The notes: generated by a model from the sequence alone, not told the origin. Counted from the stretch's first letter, positions 35,278 to 45,512 are shown. The stretch is DNA of 50,423 nucleotides from an uncultured archaeon (GCA_964645535.1 CAZYCQ010000017.1:1-50423), one strand, 5' to 3'. Made by a program: numbers and translations.

Positions 35278-35757
35278 GGGAATCTTAAACTGTGCTGCTA
35301 TTGCTTTCTGAGAAATTTTTCGGCTTTCTTTTGCTATTTTATAGAGAATGACTGCACAGGTGCTGGGGATATCTTCAAACCCCTCATTTTTTTTTGACCA
35401 TATGGCTCGAGATGTCATATCTATGATTTTTTGGGGAAAATCCAAGACTTCTCTCACAGATACCCAATAATCCCAGATTCCTACCAAAGGTATCCTCAGT
35501 CCCAAATCTCTGGCGCTGGTATTTAATGCATATTGGTCTGGCAACAATTCGTCGATCCAAATCCTTCTTAATTTAGCTGCAAGGATATACAGTTCATACG
35601 TCGAGATGTCTGGTTTTTCCAGTGCTTTTTTCCACAAGATGCAAAATGTCGCTTTGAACCTCCAATCTGCTCTATCGATCAATTGCCGAACATCTTCCGG
35701 AAGTCCCATTCCCAATCTACTATAGAAAATGAGCACATTTTCTTTGAATTTTTCCAT
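35236..35757 (-). CDS. Truncated TFB/TFIIB cyclin-fold-like protein
   Basis: ATG 35757 behind AAGAGG; PSTCAVILYKIAKESRKISQKAIAAQFKIPLSRFRKY resembles the second TFB repeat and its HTH. Confidence 0.55.
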   Translation of the reverse strand: MEKFKENVLIFYSRLGMGLPEDVRQLIDRADWRFKATFCILWKKALEKPDISTYELYILAAKLRRIWIDELLPDQYALNTSARDLGLRIPLVGIWDYWVSVREVLDFPQKIIDMTSRAIWSKKNEGFEDIPSTCAVILYKIAKESRKISQKAIAAQFKIPLSRFRKYLSSIEV

Positions 35758-35904
35758 TTTCCTCTTTTCATCCTTATCCCTGAAGAAGCTATAATAATGA
35801 TTTCGGCAAAATGCAAGGGAAAAGCTGATGTGTTTACTGAAAAGCAATACACTTAAGAGATAGGGTTTTATTAATTCCGGATTGAGGCACTCCGAGGTGT
35901 TTAC

Positions 35905-36930
35905 TTGGCTGATATACCTAAAGTTGCAATCAATGGATTTGGAAGGATAGGGAGACTCGTTACAAGAGCTCTCCTTTATCATGACAAACGTGTTGATATT
36001 GTTGGAATTAATGATTTGGCCGATACAGAAATGATGGCACATGTTTTTGAATTTGACAGTGTCCATGGACGCTTTGAGGGATCGGTCGAAGTTCATCCTG
36101 AAACACACAACCTTGTCCTTAATGGTGATGAGTTTACTGTGTACACTGAACCAGATCCCAAAAACCTTCCTTGGAAAGAACTTGATGTGGACTATGTTGT
36201 GGAATCTACCGGCCGGTTTAGAACAAGGGAAGGAATGCAGAAACATTTGGATGCAGGTGCAAAACGAGTCATTCTCTCCGCTCCTGGCAAGGGTGTTGAC
36301 ATAACTGTGGTGTTGGGGGTCAACTTTGACAAATATGATCCCAAACGACACTTCCTAATTTCGAATGCATCTTGCACCACCAATTGTTTGGCACCTCTGT
36401 GTAAGGTATTGGATGACAATTACGGAATTGAACATGGAACTATGACAACCGTCCATGCTTATACCAATGATCAAAAACTATTGGACATGCAGCATAAAGA
36501 TTTCAGAAGAGCTCGGGCAGCTGCAATGTCCATTGTCCCTACTACGACAGGCGCAGCTAAGGCAATCGGAGATGTGATGCCTCACCTGAAAGGAAAATTG
36601 GACGGTATGGCATTACGCGTCCCCACACCGAATGTTTCCATAGTTGATCTGACCGTTCGACTGAAAACCCCTGCCGCAAACAAAGAAGAAATTGAGGAAC
36701 GAATTATCGAGGCTTCAAAAAATGAAATGAAGGGAATACTCGGTTATGAATGGAGATCCCTTGTTTCCATAGATTTCAATTCAAATCCCTTGAGCTCAAT
36801 TGTCGATTTCCCAAGCATGATGTTGATTGATGGAACTCTACTTAAAATTCTTTCATGGTATGACAATGAATGGGGCTATGCTAATAGAATTGCAGATCTA
36901 ATACATAAGATGTGGGAATTAGAACCTTAG
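35905..36930 (+). CDS. gap: Type I (bacterial/eukaryotic-type) glyceraldehyde-3-phosphate dehydrogenase
   Basis: INGFGRIGR, DSVHG, SNASCTTNCLAP, PTTTGAAKA, WYDNEWGY; TTG start after GAGGTG. Confidence 0.97.
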   Translation: MADIPKVAINGFGRIGRLVTRALLYHDKRVDIVGINDLADTEMMAHVFEFDSVHGRFEGSVEVHPETHNLVLNGDEFTVYTEPDPKNLPWKELDVDYVVESTGRFRTREGMQKHLDAGAKRVILSAPGKGVDITVVLGVNFDKYDPKRHFLISNASCTTNCLAPLCKVLDDNYGIEHGTMTTVHAYTNDQKLLDMQHKDFRRARAAAMSIVPTTTGAAKAIGDVMPHLKGKLDGMALRVPTPNVSIVDLTVRLKTPAANKEEIEERIIEASKNEMKGILGYEWRSLVSIDFNSNPLSSIVDFPSMMLIDGTLLKILSWYDNEWGYANRIADLIHKMWELEP

Positions 36931-38387
36931 CTCTTTCTTCTTTTCCAAACAACTCCAGTTACAAACAATCCCAATAATATGAAAATTGTTGGAATTGGAC
37001 CTGTCTGAATGGACGTAGGAGAAGCAACATTATTTTCCACTCCTTCGACTAGAATCTCACTCCAAAATGAAGTGACGAATGCTATAAATTCATCAAGAGT
37101 TTCTTCCCCAGCAAGATAGTTATCCAATTCCGTTCCAAAAATTGTTTCTATCTGCGCCCAACGATGATCCACTGGATTCTTGTAGGATCTGTCAATGATC
37201 CTCTTTATTGCCTCTATATATTTCCAAGAATTTGAATTCCTTAGCGTTTCATCTTGATACGCCGATTCTCTTGCTGGAACATGGTAATAATCAATGGCTC
37301 CTTCGACCATTGCATGTGTTGATGACATAAATTTGGCAAATTCCATCGCAGCTTCTCGTACTTTTCCTGTAGCTCTGGATGAAATCACATAAGCATGTCC
37401 GCCTAATGGCGCTCCTTCATTTCCATTCTCATCATGAGGCAATCTCATGATTCCCAAGTTGTCGGGACCTGCATATGGACGATTGTCCACTGTTGAATTG
37501 AATTCTGGAGCGTTATTGAGGAAATTCGCCAACTCCCAAGGTCCTTGCTGGATGAATGCAACCTGTCCCGTGGTGAACATGGTGTTGATTGTTTCCCAAC
37601 CTTGTTGATCCCATGGGGGTGTATAGGGTGCATCAACGATTTTCTTCAAAAATGTCAATGCTTCTCTTGATTCTGTTGAATTGATGTTTATGTTTTCAAC
37701 ACTGATGATATCATTTTTGAAAAACCTTGCACCATGACCGTAATAGATGGGCTGACCTCCAAAAAACATTCCTTGGAGAGTAAAGCCATATACCCGTCCT
37801 CCTTGCCCATCATCTAGATTTGCATCCCATACTGCCTTTATGTTTGATTCAAACTCCTCCCATGTGAAAGAGGTGTTTGTGGTCCAAGAAGCAGTGTCAA
37901 TTCCCGCTTCCTCAACAAGACGCTTGTTATAGAATAGGGCAGGTACATCAACTAATTGTGGGAACCCCCAAATTTGTTCCTCTCCATTGCTGTCTGGATA
38001 AGTGACCAATCTCAGCGCATCGCTGATGAAATCTTGCTTGTCTGTTTCATTCATGAAATCAGTAACCGGCTGTATCAGGCCTTGAAATGCGAATTCAACT
38101 ACCCAATCTCTCGCCGCTCTGAAAACTGTTGGTTCAAGTTCAACAGTGTATTGTGTCAAGTAGGTTTCTTTTGCACTGAAGAACCCCTTTGCTTGAGCAT
38201 CGATGTCAATGTCTGGGTGGGTTGCCTCAAACTCTTCAATCAAGCGAAGAACTCCTGGTGCTTCACTTGAATTTTCAGTGTACCAAAATGTAACGACTGT
38301 TTTACTTTCTGTTTGGGCGGCCGTTACACTAAAAACACTAAAAGCAATTATCATAAGTTCAAAAATGAGTAAATGATTTCGTTTCAT
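36927..38387 (-). CDS. Sugar ABC transporter solute-binding protein with C-terminal TM anchor
   Basis: FEATHPDI, WGFPQLVDVPALFYNK, TWEE, QGPW, LGG; tail of TM followed by KRRK. Confidence 0.9.
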   Translation of the reverse strand: MKRNHLLIFELMIIAFSVFSVTAAQTESKTVVTFWYTENSSEAPGVLRLIEEFEATHPDIDIDAQAKGFFSAKETYLTQYTVELEPTVFRAARDWVVEFAFQGLIQPVTDFMNETDKQDFISDALRLVTYPDSNGEEQIWGFPQLVDVPALFYNKRLVEEAGIDTASWTTNTSFTWEEFESNIKAVWDANLDDGQGGRVYGFTLQGMFFGGQPIYYGHGARFFKNDIISVENININSTESREALTFLKKIVDAPYTPPWDQQGWETINTMFTTGQVAFIQQGPWELANFLNNAPEFNSTVDNRPYAGPDNLGIMRLPHDENGNEGAPLGGHAYVISSRATGKVREAAMEFAKFMSSTHAMVEGAIDYYHVPARESAYQDETLRNSNSWKYIEAIKRIIDRSYKNPVDHRWAQIETIFGTELDNYLAGEETLDEFIAFVTSFWSEILVEGVENNVASPTSIQTGPIPTIFILLGLFVTGVVWKRRKS

Positions 38388-39742
38388 GCTTTTTTCCTCC
38401 TATTTCGGATTGTAACCACTACCAAGAAAAAGGTTGGGATGAGCCAGAACTCCAATGGACTATCTGCCTGAGTGGTGGTTTCTGATGCAGGAAACTCAGG
38501 TAAGGCTGCCCACGGTACTGTTTGTGGAATTTCCAGTTTTAGTGCAATTTCTAGACCCAGAAGGGTAATTGTGTCATTTTGGTCTCCTTTCAACAATTTT
38601 GTCATCTGTATGTCAAACTTTTCTTCGACAATCTGCCACTTTGGATCATGCGGATAGTCGATATAATTAGTGGCAGCAGAAATGAGTGCATCTGCATGTG
38701 GTGTTCCATCACTGATTTCCTTCTCGGAATATGGAATGATTCCTTTGGAAAGAAGATCGTTTTGGAAAGAAGTTTCTCGCAAAATTCCGGCTATTTCTTC
38801 AGCAATTGAAATTTTGGAATTATCGGTTGTCATAACTGTGAGGGCATCAACTCTGCCTCCTTGAGGATAGGAAAAGACGGCAAGGTTTTCTTGGTTTGCG
38901 AAAACTGCGCTCTCTGCAATATTTGCCAGCACTGTACTCTTTGCCAAGAGAACCCCTAGTTTTCCAACTTCCTTGAAAAGATTTTCAGATCCGCCGTCTT
39001 TCTGCTCTTCCCAGCTTGGAGTGACCTTCCGAAGGTTAACCAACTTATTGATCTCTCCAAAGGCTTCTTTTGTTTGCTCATCAGACAGGGCTAAATGTTC
39101 CAAGTCCACAACATTGTCCCTGAAAAGGGTTCCGTTGAAATTGTAGATCAAGGCAAGGGGACCATGAACCGCATCTTGAAACCCTAGTCCATATATCTTG
39201 TTTGTTGGATTTGTTTGATCATTGAACCGGACTGCGGCACTGGCAATCCCTTCTATTGTGGAAAAATCGGCATCTGCAAGATCCACTATTGCTGTATTCA
39301 CTAGAATTATGTCTGCAACTGCTCCAAAACCGAACCCGTAAAGTTTAACGGTTCCATTAATAATTGATGCGGCAAACTTGCTGGTTGGGCTTACCTCAAA
39401 GAATGCTGAGGCTCTCTCAATTCCAGGAAAAACATCCTTGTTTGATGTATTGCTTACAGGAACAATAATGTTCTTGGTGGCAAGAAGTGGAATGTCTTTT
39501 GATAATCCAATGATGGCATCCGGTTCCTGTCCCAAAACATTCTTTCGATTTGCATCATCGACAAGTTCCGCAGAAGGTACTAATTCAACTTCATATGAAG
39601 TTTCCAATTTCTCCTTGACCAATGTTCCAATCTCTCCATCCAAACCAATCAGGACAGAAGGTTTATTTTGTGAAAAAACAGGAGAATTGGCTATTGACAT
39701 GAAGAAAATGATGATTAAAAGTAAGGTGAATTTCTTTGGCAT
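38384..39742 (-). CDS. Divergent sugar solute-binding protein paralog with C-terminal TM anchor
   Basis: LYGFG...ILVNT, YGLGFQ, DYPHDPKWQIVE; similar layout to its neighbour; tail of TM followed by RRKK. Confidence 0.7.
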   Translation of the reverse strand: MPKKFTLLLIIIFFMSIANSPVFSQNKPSVLIGLDGEIGTLVKEKLETSYEVELVPSAELVDDANRKNVLGQEPDAIIGLSKDIPLLATKNIIVPVSNTSNKDVFPGIERASAFFEVSPTSKFAASIINGTVKLYGFGFGAVADIILVNTAIVDLADADFSTIEGIASAAVRFNDQTNPTNKIYGLGFQDAVHGPLALIYNFNGTLFRDNVVDLEHLALSDEQTKEAFGEINKLVNLRKVTPSWEEQKDGGSENLFKEVGKLGVLLAKSTVLANIAESAVFANQENLAVFSYPQGGRVDALTVMTTDNSKISIAEEIAGILRETSFQNDLLSKGIIPYSEKEISDGTPHADALISAATNYIDYPHDPKWQIVEEKFDIQMTKLLKGDQNDTITLLGLEIALKLEIPQTVPWAALPEFPASETTTQADSPLEFWLIPTFFLVVVTIRNRRKKA

Positions 39743-39915
39743 CTTAACGATTCCTCAAATCGAAACAACCCGTCTTCATGAAAAAGGAATCGGTGGGATT
39801 GCCATTTTGTTCACAAGTTTTCTCAAAAATTTAGACTATTCCTTTTGTCCAGATTATCTACTTCCGAATAGGAATGAGACATGGACTTTAAAAGAAACAT
39901 CAAGAATGAACACGT

Positions 39916-41916
39916 GTGGCAAAGGCAACCTCTTTGAATTCAGAATTTCTTTCCAATTACAGATGGAGTTGGGACATCCGGACAAGAGATTTTTTCCAAT
40001 CCTCTAACCCTATGGTTTGGGAAAAAGTTGGATATAATCCTCGATTGTTCCTTGAAAAAACAGGAATTGAAATCCCTGACTATACGTTTGCAGAGCCCAT
40101 GAAAACCAACTGGATCAACAAACGCGTTGCTTACCTTTGTATGGAATATGGTATACACGAAAGTTTTCCCAACTATTCCGGTGGATTGGGCATCCTAGCA
40201 GGAGATCATATCAAGGCAGCATCTGATCTTGGCCTTCCTTTAACCGGTTTTGGTCTACTGTATCAGCATGGCTATTTTTCACAGATAATTTCTGGTAAAA
40301 ATGAACAACATGTGCAATCTGTAGAATTCAGGCCTGAATCTCTCCCAATGGAAAAATTGAGCGAGGGAAACAAGACAAAAATTTTTTCGATCCCTTTTTT
40401 TGATCATGAATTATATTTTCAAGTTTGGATATTGAATGTTGGTTCCGTTAAGATTTACCTGATGGACACCAACGTTCCCAACAATAATGAAAAGGATAGA
40501 AAGGTTACAGATCAACTTTATGGTGGTGATAGCTGGCACCGACTGGAACAGGAAATTCTTTTAGGTTTTGGAGCAGTGGCTGTTGCAGAAAAAAAGAAAA
40601 TGGATTTTGATGTGTTCCATCTCAATGAGGGTCATACTTCATTTGCCACAATTGCACTTTGGGATCAGGCGATTCGTTCTGGCAACCAAAAAGAAGTTGC
40701 AAAACAAAAAATAAAAGAAAAAATCGTCTTTACTACTCATACAATGGTTCCTGCCGGTCATGATGTATTCGGCAAGGATCAAATCGAGATTTCCTTGAAA
40801 AGATTTTTTGAGAAAAGCCAACTTTCATTGAATGATGTGCTCCAACAAGGAATGTACGATCTTGGGTATGGTTTAGGGTTCAATATGACTGTTCTCGGTC
40901 TAAACTTTGCACGTGTGGCGAATGGCGTCAGCAAGTTGAATGTTGAGGCCTTACATAACATGTGGGGTCCATTCCTAAAGGATCATGGTCTTTCCTTGAC
41001 ACCGATTACAAATGGCATCCATCCTCATACCTTCATGTCACCTCATATTTATTCTCTATTGGACAAATACTGTGAATTTTCATCTGCCACTTCAATGGTC
41101 GATCAACGACCTTGGGATGCAACGAAAATCCCTGATCAAGAATTGTGGTCTGCTCACCTCCAAGATAAGTATTCATTGATCAAATTTGTTCGAAATAGAA
41201 TACGGGTTCATTTAGGTTCCAAAGTTGACCTTTCCAATTTGATTGTAAATGGTCCGTTACTTGAACCTAAAATTCTTACGATTGGTTTTGCACGTAGGTT
41301 TGCCACCTATAAACGCGCAAATCTCATCTTTTCAGATCCGGATCGACTAAAAAAATTATTGACCAATTCCGAAAGGCCTGTTCAAGTGATTTTTTCTGGG
41401 AAACCCCATCCGAAAGATGAAGAAGGCAAGAAGTTCCTTAAGGTAATATTGGATTTTGCATCAGATCCTGAATTTGAAGGTAGGGTTGCTTTCATTCCTG
41501 ACTATGATATGGCTGTAGCAAGAAAATTGGTGGCTGGTGTCGATGTTTGGTTAAACACCCCCCGTGTGCCGAGAGAAGCATCTGGAACAAGTGGAATGAA
41601 AGCTGCAATCAATGGGGTGCTGAATGCATCTACTTTGGATGGATGGTGGCCAGAAGCCTATAATGGCAAAAATGGTTGGGTAATCGGCAAATATGATCCA
41701 AATCTTTCCCCAGAAGAACAGGACAAAGTTGATGTTGAATCTTTCTATAGGATATTACAGGATGAGATAATTCCGAATTATTATGAAAGAAATGAACATG
41801 GAATTCCACATCAATGGGTCAAAAAGATGAAAGAATCCATTCGATCAGTTGGCCCTAAGTTCTCTTCCCATAGAATGGTTCTTGATTATTCTAAACTTTA
41901 TTTTCCATCTGATTGA
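39916..41916 (+). CDS. glgP: Alpha-glucan (glycogen/maltodextrin) phosphorylase
   Basis: YSGGLGILAGD, HLNEGH, FTTHT, ITNGIH, FARRFATYKR, EASGTSGMKA. Confidence 0.96.
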   Translation: MAKATSLNSEFLSNYRWSWDIRTRDFFQSSNPMVWEKVGYNPRLFLEKTGIEIPDYTFAEPMKTNWINKRVAYLCMEYGIHESFPNYSGGLGILAGDHIKAASDLGLPLTGFGLLYQHGYFSQIISGKNEQHVQSVEFRPESLPMEKLSEGNKTKIFSIPFFDHELYFQVWILNVGSVKIYLMDTNVPNNNEKDRKVTDQLYGGDSWHRLEQEILLGFGAVAVAEKKKMDFDVFHLNEGHTSFATIALWDQAIRSGNQKEVAKQKIKEKIVFTTHTMVPAGHDVFGKDQIEISLKRFFEKSQLSLNDVLQQGMYDLGYGLGFNMTVLGLNFARVANGVSKLNVEALHNMWGPFLKDHGLSLTPITNGIHPHTFMSPHIYSLLDKYCEFSSATSMVDQRPWDATKIPDQELWSAHLQDKYSLIKFVRNRIRVHLGSKVDLSNLIVNGPLLEPKILTIGFARRFATYKRANLIFSDPDRLKKLLTNSERPVQVIFSGKPHPKDEEGKKFLKVILDFASDPEFEGRVAFIPDYDMAVARKLVAGVDVWLNTPRVPREASGTSGMKAAINGVLNASTLDGWWPEAYNGKNGWVIGKYDPNLSPEEQDKVDVESFYRILQDEIIPNYYERNEHGIPHQWVKKMKESIRSVGPKFSSHRMVLDYSKLYFPSD

Positions 41917-41990
41917 ATTGCAAAAATTTTGGCTTGTTCAACAATATTGAAATTTAACGTCTGTGCGTTGGAAATAAGATAGGTGAAACT

Positions 41991-44900
41991 ATGAAACAGA
42001 AAACCAATTCGCTTGTTTTCACTTTGACTGCAATAATTGTCCTCTCTCTTGTGCCTTCAGCCTTAAATGCGGCTCAAGGGGCAAGAATTGGCATATCGCA
42101 GAATACCAATCCTTTATATCTGTCAATTGTCTGGCATCAACATCAACCAACCTATTTGGATCCTGCCACAAATATCTATGAACAACCTTGGGTATACATG
42201 CATTCAACTAATTCGTACCCATGGATGGCTGATCTCCATAAGAAATATCCTGATGTCAATGCAACAATAAACATAACTCCTTCCCTCTTGAAACAAATGG
42301 ATGACTATGCAAATGAGGTTGAATTTGATCGAAGAATCCAGGTTGCTTTGATGGACGAAGCAAGCATGAGTGATGAGAACAAATCGGTTGTTTTGCAGTA
42401 TTTCTTTGACATCAATCCTCAATTCGTGACTGGAAGGTATGAATATCTTCAGCAAAAGGCGGGTCAATATCCTACTATGGCAGAAAAGATTGCAGCCTTT
42501 ACAGACGCAGAAATCTTGGATCTCAAAGTCATGTTCTTCCTGAGATGGATAAATGAGGAATACAGAAAGAACGATTTCCTTCTGAACACCTTCGATGCAA
42601 GAATTGATGAAGCAGATGTCACCACGGCCAAGTTTAGCCATGGTGATCTAAATACAGTATTGAGCAAAGGTCGTCAAATCCTACAGTCTGTTGTTCAACG
42701 GCATATTGAGGCTATGCAGCAGGGAAATCTAGAAATCACAACCACTCCATTCTATCACCCAATCCTTCCTCTTCTCATTGATCTAAATTCCGCTAGGGAA
42801 TCCCCTGGCAATGAGAACCTTCCTCTTCCAGAGAACAACACAGGCTGGATTGAAGATGCCCGTGAACAGATAAATCGTGGAATCCAGTCGTTCACGGATC
42901 ATTTTGGAGGCGTCCCCAACGGGATGTGGCCCAGTGAGGAAGCAGTTTCCAAGGACGTTATCCCTCTTATGGCAGATGCTGGAATCAAATGGTTCGTATC
43001 AGATCGCCAAATCCTTGCAAATAGTTTGGGTGTTGCCGACTTGACCCCACAGCAACTCTATCAGATGTACAAGGTTTCTTTCAATGGTTCCTCGGTGGCA
43101 GCTATTTTCAGGGATACGGCCTTGTCCGACAAGATCGGTTTCACTTATTCTGGAATGCATCCTGATGACGCAGCTCAGGATTTCATCGATGAACTTCGTG
43201 CAAGATACGATAGTTTGCAATCTGCTCCCCAAGGGTCAATCCCCTATTTGGTTACTGTTGCACTCGATGGGGAAAATGCTTGGGAACATTATACTTATGA
43301 TATTGATGGTGACGGCAAGAACGAATATACTGGAAACCTCTTCCGAGAAACACTTTATCAGAAGATCGAACAAGCCCAAAATGAAGGGTGGCTAAAAACA
43401 GTTACTCCCAATCAATTTCTTCAGCAATTCTCCGTTGATTCAATGCCAGAAATCACTAATTTGGCTTCTGGTTCATGGATTTCTGGTGAACTAAATACTT
43501 GGATCGGTGAACCTGAAGAAAACATTGCTTGGGATTGGCTTATTCAAACCCGCAATGATCTTGTTGCTTTTGAACAGGCAAATCCCGGATACAATACTTC
43601 CGATGCATGGGAGGCTCTCTATGCGGCAGAAGGTTCTGATTGGTTCTGGTGGTATGGGGCAGATCAGGATTCTGCTAGGGATGAGGTTTTTGATTGGGGA
43701 TATAAGACTCTTCTCCGTAGTGTCTATACGGCAATCGGATACACTAATGATGAAATTCTGGATCGGAACCCATTATTGTTCCTCAAACAAAGCCCACGTA
43801 TCGCTGCGAACTTTCCCGGAAAAATGACCGATTTTTCAATTGATGGTTCTGTAGGCGCTAACGAGTGGGATCTCTCCTACCGAATCAATGATACTGTGAT
43901 CGATAATGGAACCATTGACTTCCTTTACACTGGAATTGCTGATAACCTTTCCCATTTGCTATTTAGAATTGATTTGAATCAATTCTCTGTAAATGACTTT
44001 GTTGGCTTCTATTTTAATGATCCTCGCTCAAATATTGGAGATATCTATCCATTAGGAGTAGATCGATCAAATGTACAAAATGCTCTTGGTTTCCAATTGA
44101 ATTTCGCAGTAGTTTATACTTTCAACAGTTCCGAACTCAGTTATTGGAAAGCCACTGAATCAGGTTGGACCAAGGCCTCCTTCGTTGGTGGTCTGGCATC
44201 CTATGGATCAGTTTTGGAAGTTGCCATCCCACTTTCATTTTTCAATTATACCGGTGGTGATTTCTTCAGTATCAGGGTAACATATACTAACTCTTCAGGA
44301 ACAGTTGATGTCGCCCCTGAAGACGGCCCGCTGGTTTTCCAAGTGCCCCTGACAAGTGTGGACTTCAATGTTGTCTTTGAAATGGAAGACCCAGAAGGAG
44401 ATGAATGGGGTGATTATCCTCTTAACAATGCATTTGAACCTTATCACGGGCTATTTGACATCCTTGATTTCAAGATTGGTTACGATACAGAGAACCTCAT
44501 TATCAGTATGAAGTTTGGTGAAATCACCAATCCGTGGAATGCTCCTTCCGGATTTTCCCACCCCCTTATCCAAGTCTATATCGACAAGGATCGTATTTCC
44601 GGATCTGGAAATGTTGAACCCGACCAAAATGCCAATGTAAAAATCTCCCCTGACTTTGCTTGGGAAACACTTGTCCGAGCAGATGGATGGTTGAAGTATG
44701 GTCTTGATCAGGATCTAACGCAGTTTGGTGGGGTTGATGCAATTGCGGATACCTTGGAGAAAAGAATCACCATTACAGCTCCACTCTCAATGGTTGGAAC
44801 ACCTACAGAAGATTGGGCATATGTGGTTCTGGTGGGTTCCCAAGATTTCCAAGCCTATCGTGAACGTTTGTCCGTTGCTGGCGAATGGAAGCTTGGCGGT

Positions 44901-45512
44901 GGAGATGATGGACCATATGACCCCAATGTTGTAGATATGTTGGTGCCTGAAGGTGCAGATCAGGATCTTATCTTGTCCGATTATTCCGTTGCAGAACAAA
45001 GGCAGGCGGAAGTAATTGGTGTCGGTCCCAAAGTTTCTTTCGCAAAAGACGAAATTGCTCCAACAGTGCAAATCACCTCTCCAACCAATGGAACTCAAAT
45101 GACATACGATTCAAACGGTCAATTAACCATAACTTTTGAATTCACTGCTTTTGACAATGTGGCTGTAGATCACTTCGACCTGTTTGCAGAAAATATTCTT
45201 TTGGCAGATGACCAACCATTAACCAACGGTTCCAATAGCTTTACTGTTACCATCGAAAAATCCGAAGTTGGAACTGGAGAAATTCAATTCTCTCTCCTTG
45301 TCTTCGATGGACCTGATGAAACCGCTTACCGCTTTGGCAAGGCTGTGGTAACTTTAATGCTCTCCGATACTGGTGGTTCTTCTTCAACCATCCCTAATGA
45401 TGAACCATCCGGTGGTGGTTTCCTGTCTCTCCCCACTTGGATTTTCATTGCTAGTCTATTCTCCATTCCTGTTTTGAAACGTAAAATGACCAATGGAAAT
45501 GTAAAATCCTGA
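41991..45512 (+). CDS. Secreted, membrane-anchored GH57 amylopullulanase with glucodextranase/DOMON-like and Ig-like domains
   Basis: Signal peptide; WHQHQP, HPILPLL, GMWPSE, ALDGENAW, AEGSDWFWW; DPEGDE, NPWNAPSGFS...QVYID; C-terminal TM followed by KRK. Confidence 0.92.
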   Translation: MKQKTNSLVFTLTAIIVLSLVPSALNAAQGARIGISQNTNPLYLSIVWHQHQPTYLDPATNIYEQPWVYMHSTNSYPWMADLHKKYPDVNATINITPSLLKQMDDYANEVEFDRRIQVALMDEASMSDENKSVVLQYFFDINPQFVTGRYEYLQQKAGQYPTMAEKIAAFTDAEILDLKVMFFLRWINEEYRKNDFLLNTFDARIDEADVTTAKFSHGDLNTVLSKGRQILQSVVQRHIEAMQQGNLEITTTPFYHPILPLLIDLNSARESPGNENLPLPENNTGWIEDAREQINRGIQSFTDHFGGVPNGMWPSEEAVSKDVIPLMADAGIKWFVSDRQILANSLGVADLTPQQLYQMYKVSFNGSSVAAIFRDTALSDKIGFTYSGMHPDDAAQDFIDELRARYDSLQSAPQGSIPYLVTVALDGENAWEHYTYDIDGDGKNEYTGNLFRETLYQKIEQAQNEGWLKTVTPNQFLQQFSVDSMPEITNLASGSWISGELNTWIGEPEENIAWDWLIQTRNDLVAFEQANPGYNTSDAWEALYAAEGSDWFWWYGADQDSARDEVFDWGYKTLLRSVYTAIGYTNDEILDRNPLLFLKQSPRIAANFPGKMTDFSIDGSVGANEWDLSYRINDTVIDNGTIDFLYTGIADNLSHLLFRIDLNQFSVNDFVGFYFNDPRSNIGDIYPLGVDRSNVQNALGFQLNFAVVYTFNSSELSYWKATESGWTKASFVGGLASYGSVLEVAIPLSFFNYTGGDFFSIRVTYTNSSGTVDVAPEDGPLVFQVPLTSVDFNVVFEMEDPEGDEWGDYPLNNAFEPYHGLFDILDFKIGYDTENLIISMKFGEITNPWNAPSGFSHPLIQVYIDKDRISGSGNVEPDQNANVKISPDFAWETLVRADGWLKYGLDQDLTQFGGVDAIADTLEKRITITAPLSMVGTPTEDWAYVVLVGSQDFQAYRERLSVAGEWKLGGGDDGPYDPNVVDMLVPEGADQDLILSDYSVAEQRQAEVIGVGPKVSFAKDEIAPTVQITSPTNGTQMTYDSNGQLTITFEFTAFDNVAVDHFDLFAENILLADDQPLTNGSNSFTVTIEKSEVGTGEIQFSLLVFDGPDETAYRFGKAVVTLMLSDTGGSSSTIPNDEPSGGGFLSLPTWIFIASLFSIPVLKRKMTNGNVKS

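Noticed and set aside
35758-36351. N-terminal 198 aa of the 371-aa minus-strand ORF
   Set aside because: Antisense to gap and its promoter; a better start with an SD exists at 35757
7203-36930. Short 3' overlaps between convergent genes (e.g. 11571-11591, 15810-15838, 35236-35277)
   Set aside because: Common in compact archaeal genomes; no sign of a dedicated antisense system
39378-40007. 209-aa + strand ORF and other long antisense ORFs (e.g. 18180..18743, 28924..29397, 32430..32828)
   Set aside because: They are shadows of well-supported genes on the opposite strand and have no independent motifs
10506-41944. Recurring ttgttca(a) words in several intergenic regions as a shared operator
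   Set aside because: Short, AT-rich, inconsistently spaced and also present in coding sequence; not distinguishable from chance by eye
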